From: the human T2T-CHM13v2.0 reference genome, Homo sapiens
Direction: 5' to 3' (one strand)
Assembly: GCF_009914755.1 (NCBI RefSeq)
Contig: NC_060926.1
Length of the DNA stretch: 64,000 nt
In this document: positions 12,683 to 25,182 of the stretch, piece after piece
Layout of the letters: the number at the start of each line of letters is the position of its first letter
Numbering within the stretch: the stretch's first letter is position 1
Translations under genes and position numbers: made by a program
The notes under the pieces: generated by a model
Databases searched by the model: none
Seen by the model: only the letters and a program-made list of their open reading frames with translations
What the model was told of the DNA's origin: nothing

Positions 12683-12850
12683 AATGGTTCCTAATCTATT
12701 CAAGGCCACAGGCTGCCCCAGGAAGCTGATGAAACTTTGGACCCTTTTCCTAGACAAATGTATAAGGTAACAAATTTTGCAAACAACGTGAGATGGCTCA
12801 CAAACACCCACCAGCCCAGGCACATCCATGGATCACAGATTAAGAACATA
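12683..12850 (-). mobile_element. Charlie4z-like hAT MITE
   Basis: CTGATGAAACTTTGGACCCTTTTCCTAGA...AAATTTTGCAAACAA...CATCCATGGATCACAGATTAAGAAC. Confidence 0.55.
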
Positions 12851-12889
12851 CTTTTATAGGGGAAACATAAAAGAATAAATCAGTTTCTT

Positions 12890-13200
12890 CCATTCAATCA
12901 CGATTATATCAAACTAGCATTTATCAGGTATTTGTTTGCCAGCAAAACCTGGATCCAATGACACTGAGAGAAATAAAAGAATATGTATGCCCTTGTCTTT
13001 GAGTAGCTGAAAGTCCAGTGGAGAAAACAGACCTGACAATTGATATTCACAATGAAATGTGATGGAATGAATACGTGAGCAGCATGCAGAGACAACAGAG
13101 GACTGGTTGAAATCTTTACCCATGGGAGCTAGAGAAAGATTTCTTTTTGCACAATCAATGCTTGAGGATGATCTGAAGAAACAAAGTGACCAGTCCTGTG
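12890..13200 (-). mobile_element. L2 fragment
   Basis: CATTCAATCA...GCATTTATCAGGTATTTGTTTGCCAGC...CCCTTGTCTTTGAGTAGCTGAAAGTCCAGTGGAG. Confidence 0.6.
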
Positions 13201-13239
13201 GAAGCAATACTTCCAAATCTTCATTTATACATGGTAAAA

Positions 13240-13660
13240 ACAACAATCTTAATAAGCCACTTATTATATGTTAGATACTATTTTAATATATGTTTAATCC
13301 TCACAACAATTCAACTGACAGGTTCTCATCACCCAGCTAGTAAATGAGGCCAAATTTAATCAGGCCTCTGGAACCATGAACCCATCACACTGTGTTAGAT
13401 CCATACGTAAAACAGTGAACTGGAAGACAGTGAGGAATATGTTATTTGTGTCAACTGATTATACAGATACAAAAAAGGGATGTTATGGACCAGGCGTTTT
13501 ATTGGAGCACAGCACAGTGGCATGTGTATTGTTTTCCAAATTTTATAGATGAGGCATATAGACTTTAAATCAGTGGTTCAAAGCCATATAGTCACAGAAG
13601 GGAAGGCCCAAGTGTGAACACCAGCCTTCTGATGTTTAGCGTGTTGTTATCGCTACTACC
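13240..13660 (-). mobile_element. two MIR fragments (~13240-13380 and ~13525-13660)
   Basis: TTTAATCCTCACAACAA; ATTTTATAGATGAGGCA...AAAGCCATATAG. Confidence 0.5.
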
Positions 13661-15387
13661 TCCCATTGCTTTCAAGCACCAAGGGGAGCAGATACCACCT
13701 GGAGTTCTAAACATTTATGATTAGTATGAGAACCAAAATGGTTGTACCAAATGCAGATGCAGAATTTAGATCCACATCTATATTGTGCAATTCAATCCCA
13801 GACATAATCATTTGCCCAATCTAAGAAGACATCTGACTTCCCATTCCCATCCTCCCCTAGCAAATAGAAATGAAAATAAGAGAGGTGAGGAACAGGTACA
13901 ATATGAGATAAAGTTCAACTTAGCTAAATAATAAAAATGTATTATGACTATCAGATAAATTAAAGCAAGTTACAAATTCGAAGCACAGAAAATCAGTTTC
14001 CAGAATCCAGTAATAAAATGAGATACTAAAAGTCCGCACAAGTCTTTTCTGCATGAGCTGACAATCAGTCTTCATAAGGTCTCTATAATATAGATATCTA
14101 ACATTTGGGGAGTATTGTCAAGTTCTATTAAAATGATGATATAGCTAATAAGGAAAGAATGATGCAGCATAAAATATAGGACACCATCTTTTTTCTTTTA
14201 AATTTGTGCTCTCAGACTTGCTGAGATATTCCTTATCATGTCACTGTGCAGTTTCAGAAATTATCATGGAAATTACATATGTTTCTGTTTATCAAACCAA
14301 CCACCTCATGATAAATACTTGTAGACTGTCTCTCATTTAACTCACAGTTTGGGTTTTAGACCAAACACACTATGTCCACACTGTTAAATGTACATTAACA
14401 CTTGCAATAAAGAAACAAACATTAGTTGATCCAGTCATCTCCCATTGACAGACCATCATCATTCTGGTACACAGAGAAATATACACTTCAGAAGCTCATG
14501 GCATGTTTCCTCCTTGATTCAGGTTCCTTGTTTATTACCACATGAACATTTCTCTGGTATATTTTTAGTACAATGTGTTATCCTAGACTGATCATATGTT
14601 CACAGATTGTGAGGAGCCTGTGAAAGACTTTTTGCTGTACTTGCTATTGGGCAAAATCCTGTCTGCTACCTGGTATTCATGTAGAGTAAACTGCAATGTG
14701 GAAACAGATGGTATGACCAAGTGGGAGAGAGACTCTGTCTGCAAAACTGGGAGAGCTTCACTCTGACTGGGGGTGGAAGAGGAATGAACAAGTCCACCCC
14801 AGCGTAAAAATAAGATGAAAATATAAAAGAATGTCAGTGTTGAAGGTTACTCCTTTTGATTTTGCCAATATCCCGGAACCATGTGAGCACATGAACATTC
14901 CAAAGAAGAAGATACCTCCAGGTTCTTCAGATGGTGAGTGGAGCCTTAGTGTTTAAACCACTGTGGCTTAATACATGACACTTTGCATGAGATAATTTGA
15001 CCAACTCAAGGCACCCAGTGTATCCTTTTTTGCATTTGAGAATCAAAAGGAGCAATGTGTTTCCCTACAGGTTGTCTGTCAAATTATAAATGAGGCCTCA
15101 CTAGTATTTTATACTTTGTATTGCCTTATTTTCATCCAGTCACTAAAATTAAGATCAAATTATTTTTCTTCTTTTGAATTCGAAAACTGAAATCAATTTT
15201 CTCTTCACAGCCCAGAGCTCTGACTATGGTTTAGCACCTTCCACGGGGTGAGAGGAAGTTAGATAAATTGGAATTTGTTTCCTGTTCCCATGTGAACTGC
15301 TACATCTGTGCATGACTCTCCAGAATATTTACTTATTTTTATAGATTTTGTCCATGCTTATGTTTATAAAACAGATGTGTTAATTGA

Positions 15388-15488
15388 ATTTTTTAAATTT
15401 TTAATTTTTTTATTGTTGTGGGGACATAGTAGGTGTACATATTTATTGAGATGTTTTGATATAGGAATGCAATGCATAATAATCACAT
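15388..15488 (-). mobile_element. L1MA/L1PB-type 3' end fragment
   Basis: TTGTGGGGACATAGTAGGTGTACATATTTATTGAGATGTTTTGATATAGGAATGCAATGCATAATAATCACAT. Confidence 0.7.
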
Positions 15489-15490
15489 AC

Positions 15491-15633
15491 ATTTTTATTT
15501 ATTTTATTTTATTTATTTAGAGAAAGGGTCTTGCTCTGTCACCAAAGCCAGAGTACAGTGGAGCAATTATAGCTCACTGAAGCCTTGAACTCCTGGCTCA
15601 AACAGTCCTCCTGCTTCAGCCTCCCAAGTAGCT
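15491..15633 (-). mobile_element. AluJ right-arm / FRAM-like fragment
   Basis: (TTTA)n tail then GGGTCTTGCTCTGTCACC...ATAGCTCACTGAAGCCTTGAACTCCTGGCTCAA. Confidence 0.85.
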
Positions 15634-15724
15634 GTTAGTGTGTGTTAACTGGATTTTTAAAACACAGAAAACACCTGATCAAAATTAGCCCAGTTCTAAA
15701 GAAGTCAATTATATATTTAATCAT

Positions 15725-15772
15725 TGTATTAGTCAGAGTTCTCTAGAGGGACAGAATTAATGGAATACATAC

Positions 15773-15803
<31 letters not shown>

Positions 15804-15868
15804 TATATATATACATATATATACACATATATATACATATATATACACACATATATACACATATATAT

Positions 15869-15902
<34 letters not shown>

Positions 15903-16275
15903 GAGTTTATTTACTATTAACTCACATAATCACAGGGTCCCACAATAGGCCATCCGCAGGCTGAGGAGCAAGGAGAGCCAGTCCAAGTTCCAAAACTGAA
16001 GAACTTGGAGTCAGATGTTTGAGGGCAGGAAGCATCCAGCATGGGAGAAAGAAGGCTAGGCCAGTCTCTCTTTTCACATTCTTCTGCCTGCTTATATTCT
16101 AGCTGTACTGGCAGCCAATTAGATTATGCCCACTCAGACTGAGGGTGCGTCTGCCTTTCCCAGCCCACTGACTCAAATGTTAATCTCCTTTGGCAACACC
16201 CTCACAGACACACCCAGGATCAGTACTTTGTATCCTTCAATCCAATCAAGTTGACACTCAGTATCAACCATCACA
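15725..16275 (-). mobile_element. MLT2A1 (HERV-L) solo LTR, full length
   Basis: minus strand begins TGTGATGGTTGATACTGAGTGTCAACTTGATTGGATTGAAGG and ends GACTAATACA; perfect 5-bp TSD ATCAT (15720-15724, 16276-16280). Confidence 0.92.
15765..15902. repeat. compound (TA)n/(CA)n microsatellite inside MLT2A1
   Basis: direct reading. Confidence 0.95.
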
Positions 16276-17142
16276 ATCATGCATCTTCAGTTCTCCCAAT
16301 TATATGCCCAGGTCACTAACCTGACTGAATCTGGATTATCTAACCAAGGTATCATATTAATGGCTGAAAAAACAAACAAACAACAACAACAAAAAAAAAA
16401 ACAGGTTGAGAAAAAAAAGTTTGCTTTGGTTACAGGTCATTATAAGCGAATGCTTATTGCTAGAATAATTTATAACTGAATTAAACATTGTTTCTTACAC
16501 TCTCCAGTGACATACACAATGCTACATTACTCTTGGCACCAGGAAGCTGCCAAAGTTTCAGATTCGGCCAGTGGACTGATTCTCTTAGAGCAGACCTGGC
16601 ACACTGGAAACAGCTCCAGGGCCTGCTGGAGCACCTCACCCTGGTTATGCTGGAAGCAGCTAGAGTGGATGCTGATTCTACTCATGCCACCTTCATCTGT
16701 GAACCCCCAAAGATCTCACAATGTAACTGATATACAGTCAGCATTAAATAAACATACATATTCTGACTGTATGCCACTGGTTCAAAGGGCACTAAAATTA
16801 TTACATTAAGATGAAACAAATGCATAAGTTCAGGAGGTTATTGGCTTCTGCTTCTCTGTGCAGATGCATAGAATAGCAAGGAGTGTGAAGAACTGCTAAC
16901 TCTGTTGTCTTACAGGATCATCCAGGTTAGTTGAATGGTCTGGTTATTTGGAAATTATCCAAAGATGCAGTGTTGAACAGCAGAAATAGCCAAGACAAAG
17001 AGGCAAGATCCTACGTGTCAAACTGTGCTCTCCCTTGCTTAGCTTTCTAGTGCGGGACCTTTCTCTTTCTGGTACACCTCTATTCTTTCATCCATAAGTT
17101 ATGACTTGCTCTGTTTTCAGAGATTTTCTGAGGACATATGTT

Positions 17143-17844
<702 letters not shown>

Positions 17845-17869
17845 ACCAATTAAGCTTTTAAAGAATGTT

Positions 17870-18960
<1,091 letters not shown>

Positions 18961-18988
18961 ACAATTAACTCAAAAGTCTTTTATACAG

Positions 18989-20600
18989 CCCTATTTCAAG
19001 ACTTACTATAAGGCCACCATAATAAAAACAGTGTAGCGCTGGCAAAGAATCAACAAATACATCAATGAAATAAAATAGAGAGCCCAGAAATATATTCACA
19101 TTATATGATCATTTGATATTCACCAAAGGGACACAACAATCCTACGAGAAAAGGAAAAGCTTTTAAACAAATGATCCTGGAACAACACGCTATGCAAATT
19201 AAAAAGTAAACTTTGACCCCTATCTCACACCATGTACAAACATTAATTTGAGATGGATTCTCGAATCCATCTCAACATAATAGCTAAAACTATAAGTTTT
19301 TAAAAATAGTATATTTTTGTGGATTCCAAATAGAGAAAAGTTTCTTTAAAAATCATAGAAAACAATATCAATGAAATAAAAATACATATAAATTGTATTT
19401 TTAAAAAATTAACAACTTTGGTTCATCTAAAGACATCAAGTAAATGAACAGGCAAGCTGTAGACTGAGACATACTTGAAGTTTACACACCTGACTTAGGA
19501 CTGGTAACTAGCATACATTTTCAGAAACAAAAAATAATAAAGTTTATAAGGCAATCATAAAAAGAAAAAAATGGAAAAAAGATTTGAACATATGCACAAA
19601 AGAGGCTAATTTATAAACAACCAATAAGCACATGAAAAAGCACTGAATATTATTAGATATTAGGAAAATTCAAATTGAAACCCCAATGAGATATCAAATA
19701 TCCACTGAAGTAGCTAAAATCAAAAGAGAAATAATGTTAAAGGTTGATGAAGACTTGTGGCCACCAGAACTTTCACATATTGTTGATGGCAGTGAAAATC
19801 CTGCAATTTTAGAAAAAGCTCCCTTAGCATCTTAAAAAAAGTGGATCAACCTGTAGTGTAAGACTTGGTGATTCCAAAGAAATGTATTTCCACAAACAGG
19901 CTTGTACAAAATCATTTATTGGAGCCTTATTTATAATAATCCCCAAAAAGAAACAGCCTAGATACCCAACAATAGGACATTGGATAAATAAAATATGCTT
20001 TTACAGTGGGATATTAGACAGCAATAAAAATAATAAATTACTGATATATACAATAACATGGATGAATTGCCAAAGCCTTATATGGAGCAAAAGAAGTCTT
20101 ACACACTAACATACACTATGATTCTACCTGTATAAACTTCTAGATTAGGCAAAACTAATTCATGGTGTAAAACAATCAGAACAATGAATGCTTCTGTGGA
20201 AATGGGGGTAAAGATTTATTGGGAAGGAACATGAAGGAACTTTCTGGAGTGACGGTCATGTTTTGTTTATTAATAGCAGGTTGTTTTCTCAGGTAATCAA
20301 GTGGTCGCATGATTTGAGTATTTTATTGTATGTACATATTACTTGAAAAGAAGAAAACCCATAAATAAATATTGAATTCTAATGATACGTATGCTGAAGT
20401 ATTTATAACATGTACTAAAGTCTACAACTTAGTTTCAAATACATTTTCAGAAAAGGAAGGAGAGATAGATGTGTAATAAAAACAAGTATAGCAAAACATT
20501 AATTGTAGAGACTAGTTAGTGGGCATATGGGTGTCCCTTCTGAAATTCTCTCAACTTTTCTACATGTTTGCAAATTTTCATCATAAAACAGGACGGGAAA
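18989..20600 (+). mobile_element. old L1 (L1ME/L1MD-type): ORF2 C-terminus and 3' UTR
   Basis: TTCAAGACTTACTATAAGGC...GAGAGCCCAGAAATA...AATAAGCACATGAAAAAG...ATACACTATGATTC...TCAACTTTTCTACATGTTTGCAAATTTTCATCATAAAA. Confidence 0.85.
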
Positions 20601-20725
20601 AAAGGAACCTAGCAGAATGGGAGAGAGAATCTATTCCCACCTTTTTTTGTGTAGACAGTGTAACAGGTTGGAATTCAGGATACAAACCAAATATAAGGAA
20701 TAGGTTTATATATTAAAAACTTTGT

Positions 20726-21053
20726 AGCCGGGTGCGGTGGCTCACACCTGTAATCCCAACACTTTGGGAGGCTGAGGCGGGCAGATCATGAGGTCAGGAG
20801 TTCGAGACCAGCTTGGCCAACATAGTGAAAGCCTGTCTCTACTAAAAATACAAAAATTAGCCAGGCGTGGTGGCACGTGCCTGTAGTCCCAGCTACTTGG
20901 GAGGCTGAGGCAGGAGAATTGCTTGAACCAGGAGGCAGAGGTTGCAGTGAGCCGAGATTGTTCCACTGCACTTTCCAGCCTGGTCTAGAGAGCAAGACTC
21001 CATCTCAAAAAACAAACAAGCAAGCAAACAAACAAGTAAACAACAACAACAAC
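20726..21053 (+). mobile_element. AluSg
   Basis: GCAGATCATGAGGTCAGGAGTTCGAGACC; (AAC/AAAC)n tail; perfect TSD AAAACTTTGT (20716-20725, 21054-21063). Confidence 0.95.
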
Positions 21054-21760
21054 AAAACTTTGTGATTCTTTTAAGTTATACAATCATTTAGTTTTTTATG
21101 TAGATATATTATCAATCTTTGAGTTGGGATGTTCAAACGTAGCAAATATATTAATACCACTAGTATATAAACAATATTAAATAGTAGCTTTAGTATTGAT
21201 AACCTTTTCTCTTTTAGAAGAACACGGCTAGTGGTTGACCATTAAGTACAAAGCTGACTACTGTTTAATGTATTTAATCCAGATAATCTTTGCCCTTCCA
21301 TAGATTAGGACAATATTTAGTGTGATAACTAGTACTTTGAAATTATTCTCACCATTTTATGGTGTGTTTTCTTTTTACTACCTCTTTCATTTTCTACCTC
21401 CCTAGTATCTATTTTATTAATAATATTTCTTTTATTTCTTTTTTGTTTCGAGATAAAATTATATTTTTTAGTATTTAGTTTCACTATCAATTTTAAATAC
21501 ACACTTAACTCAAATTATTCCAACAAAATCTATTCAGTATTTTGATCCTTTTCCTTAATGTTTCTCAGACTGCTCCTTTTACACATTCTCTTAAAAACTT
21601 TATTTCTGTTATTATTGTCAGAAGGCTAAATGCAAAATTGATCAAGATGAATTATTTTAACATCATTGGTGATATTTATAAATATGGTTTACAATATCTT
21701 TGCTTACCTCCTTTTCTCTGATTTTTCTTTTTGGTATTTACGTTAGAAAGGACCAATAGG

Positions 21761-22034
21761 GGCCGGGTGCGGTGGCTCACGCCTATAATCCCAGAACTTT
21801 GGGAGGCAGAGGCGGGCGGATCACGAGGTCAGGAGATCCAGACCATCCTGGCTAACACAGTGAAACCCCATCTCTACTAAAAATACAAAAAATTAGCCGG
21901 GCATGGTGGCGGGTGCCTGTAGTCCCAGCTACTCGGGAGGCTGAGGCAGGAGAATGGTGTAAAACCCAGGAGGCAGAGCTTGCAGTGAGAATCCGTCTCA
22001 AAAAAAAAAAAAAAAAAAAAAAAAAAAGAAAAAC
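21761..22034 (+). mobile_element. AluY with ~43-bp internal deletion
   Basis: Y-diagnostic CCATCCTGGCTAACAC, GAATGGTGT, GAGCTTGCAG; long A-tail; 16-bp TSD AGAAAGGACCAATAGG / AGAAAAGACCAGTAGG. Confidence 0.95.
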
Positions 22035-22049
22035 AGAAAAGACCAGTAG

Positions 22050-23130
22050 GTAGTGACTCTCTACTCTTTATATGCCTGAAAAAAAAAAAAAAAAAAAAAC
22101 TATCTGTCTATCTATCTATCTATCTTCTCTAATTAACAGTTTAGCACTACATAGAATTTGTGGATTATAGTCTCTTTGTCATTTGGAAAACTTTGTTAAT
22201 GAGAAGCTTGCTGCATCTGATTGTAATAGTTTTTTAGGAAATCCGTTATGCTTTTTAATAACATTACTATTATTTGTGTATGCTCAATGATCTATAGTTT
22301 AGTCTGGTGTGAAGTTTAGATTTATTTGTATTTATTCTTCTCTAGATGGAATCTATTTTAATCTAAGGGCTTACTTTTTCTTCAATTACAGAAAATGTCT
22401 GCCAATATTCCTCTTCTGCCATTTCTTCTAGAATCTTCTGGTGGAGCAACTTCTAAAACTTTGTTGTGGTTTCCCATCTTAATTCCATGTCTTTTAACTG
22501 CTTTTTGAATACTTTTATCTCTTTATTTCAGTGGTTCTAACTGGGCGAGGGGTAGTCACCTGGACATTGGACAATCCAGTTTTGGTTGTCGCAACTGGGG
22601 AGGGGGTGCTATGGGCATGTAGTGGGTAGAGGTTATAGATGCTGCTAAAACTCTGCAATGTACAGGACACTCCCCACAACAAATAATTATTTAGCCCTAA
22701 GTGACAAAAGTGTTGATGAGAAATCCTACTTTATTTCTGTGCCCCACCTTCTAGATGAATTCTTTGTTACTATTTTTCAGTTCACCAAATCTCCTTGCTG
22801 CTATCTTGAGAGTATTCCATATATTGAGATTTTATTTTAAATTAAGATTTTTTTTAAATTTCCAGTCTTTCTCATTTTAATAATGCCTGGATATCTTATA
22901 TCTACCCATGTTTGCTTCATAAATTCTTGTTCATTTACTGCATTCTAAGTTCTTTATTCATTACATGATTTAAAGCACACTCATTTTAAAATCATTTTTG
23001 CACATTCTATTATTTTCGTTTTCCTTGGGGTGAATTAACCTTCAAATTGTTGGTTGTCTGTCTTAGCATTAGTTTACTTTCTGTGTTTTAATAGCTTAGG
23101 TTGCAGGCTGATATTAAATGGAAATTTTAG
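22050..23130 (-). mobile_element. HAL1 / ancient L1 ORF1-region fragment
   Basis: GAGAAGCTTGCTGCATCTGATT...TTTTCTTCAATTACAGAAAATGTCT...CCATGTCTTTTAACTGCT antisense ORF1-like motifs. Confidence 0.5.
22529..22728 (+). mobile_element. MER20 hAT DNA transposon
   Basis: CAGTGGTTCT...GGTTGTCGCAACTGGGG...GATGCTGCTAAAA...CACAACAAATAATTAT; perfect 8-bp TSD CTTTATTT. Confidence 0.9.
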
Positions 23131-23946
23131 TTCTCCTTTTCTTCCTACATACTTTCACCCCACCCTTTTATTTTTTTCCTTTAACAATTTTTCACAGTTG
23201 CCTGAAGTTGGATAGCAGTCTGGGGCTAGATCTTATGCTAGCTATTGAGACCTTTCCCACAGTGATACTGAGAACAATGTTGATCAACTCATGAAACCAG
23301 AGGGCAGCTTGACCCAAGTCTTGGTTGCTAGGTGATGCCTGCTCCTTTGACGTCCCTGGTTTATAATTATAACTACAGTGTAGCTTCAGGCTCTAGTTAG
23401 ACTTAGCTTGTTTTTTTTCAACCTCTTTTCAAGGAGATGAGCTTCCTCAGCCCTCAGTTTTCAGTAAAGAGACTGCCTCAGTGAACAATATTTATTCTGG
23501 TAATGCCACATGTATCATTTCAGAATCCCTGCATACTTGAAGCTTTAAGTTCATTTTATCTTTTTTCATCCACAGAAATATTTAACTTTTACTTGTGGCT
23601 CATATGCATAGTCATTTCTTCTTTTTATATTTTACCATTATGCTATACGTCTGGTGCAGATGGGGTCCTTAAATATCTGAAATTACATTATCCCAACTAG
23701 AAGTCTCCTGGCTCCTAGTTCAAATAATAAACTAATACTTAACCATTTTTATAGTTATTTTAAAGGTTTTATTTTTAATAACAAATACGAGTAGAATTAT
23801 ATCAGTTATCTTTCCAGTGACACTTAAGATTTTTTCCTTAATTAGCCTATTTAAATAAACTATAGTTTTATATAACCAAATATAACTTCATAGTTACATT
23901 CCTGTCATAAATTCTCTTTGCTATTCCTATTTCAAAATATTAAATT

Positions 23947-24012
23947 CAATATTTTAAATGTAATATTTATACCAATATTTTAAATATAATATTTATACCA
24001 ATATTTAAAATA
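23947..24012. repeat. 26-bp AT-rich tandem repeat, ~2.5 copies
   Basis: CAATATTTTAAAT(G/A)TAATATTTATAC twice plus a partial third copy. Confidence 0.85.
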
Positions 24013-24429
24013 GAGATTAGTTGTCACCTTTTATTTTACTCTATTTATTAAATTTTATTTTAAACTTTTATTTATAAGATAAATTGATAGGTCCATTGAA
24101 ATATTTCTCTAGGTTATTGAAAAAAGTATGTTATATTTATAAATACCAATTATTCAGAAATTTGGTGAATAAGTCCATCATTCAATCTGGTTCAGGACTA
24201 TTTGGAGGATTTGTTCTTTCGAAATTATCTCAATGTTTTTGGCTATCTATTATAGGAGTATTAAACCACAATAATCTTTACCAAGTTATTCAAACATATT
24301 TCCCATATGTTATGGCATCCGCTACTCATTGATTTCTTTTTTTTAATCTCAATATTTCCTCTTAGACTGTGTAGTAAACATTCTGAGGTATTTTATGCTA
24401 TTATAACAGATTACACACATATTTAAATA

Positions 24430-25000
24430 ATAATTTGGCTTGAAATAAAAGTGTGGTAGAATTTATTTTTCTTCATAATTTAAAAATATTTCTATGTTTC
24501 TATTTTATATCCAGCATTGGTACTGAAAAATTTGGCATCAATCTGATTATTATTTTGCCATGATTTATTCTTCCTCTATAGAGACTTTTAGAATAATATA
24601 TTTCCCTCCAATGTTTTAAAATATTGCTGCAATATGTCAAGATGTAGGTTTTTAATTCTCTCCAAATTGATACTCTAAGAGCCTTTTTAATGCAAGGTAT
24701 GTAATCTTTTTGAAATTTTTAAACTGTATATTCATTATTTCTAAAGACATGTTCTCTTTTCTGTTTTTTTCCTTGTCTTCTGAGACTCCCATTACTATAT
24801 GTTGATTCTTTCTCCATCTTCTAGCCTGGCTTATTATTTTATTTTTCTTCATCAGTTTCTGTTCCTGTGGAGTTTTTCCATGTGACTTTTCAGCTGTCTA
24901 ATTCCCAGCTTTTTCTTTAGCTGTATCCATCCTGGTGTTTATCCCTTCTATGTGTTCTTTGTTTTAAGTATTATATTTTATTCCTAATAAAGTCAGAGGG
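24430..25000 (-). mobile_element. HAL1 / ancient L1 ORF1-region fragment
   Basis: ORF 24652-24852 (RRWRKNQHIVMGVSEDKEKNRKENMSLEIM) resembles the L1 ORF1p RRM entry RRxNIRIIGVPE. Confidence 0.55.
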
Positions 25001-25104
25001 AGATTACACACACATACACACATGTATCTGTCTATTTTCTCTTAGCTCTTTGTGCATATTTATTATATTTCTTGGTTTGTCCCAAAATTCCGTTCTATTT
25101 TACA

Positions 25105-25168
<64 letters not shown>

Positions 25169-25182
25169 TATATATGTATATA
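25105..25182. repeat. (TG)n(TA)n(CA)n compound microsatellite
   Basis: direct reading. Confidence 0.95.

Noticed and set aside
23947-24012. 26-bp direct repeat as a CRISPR-like array
   Set aside because: No spacers and eukaryotic context; simple tandem duplication
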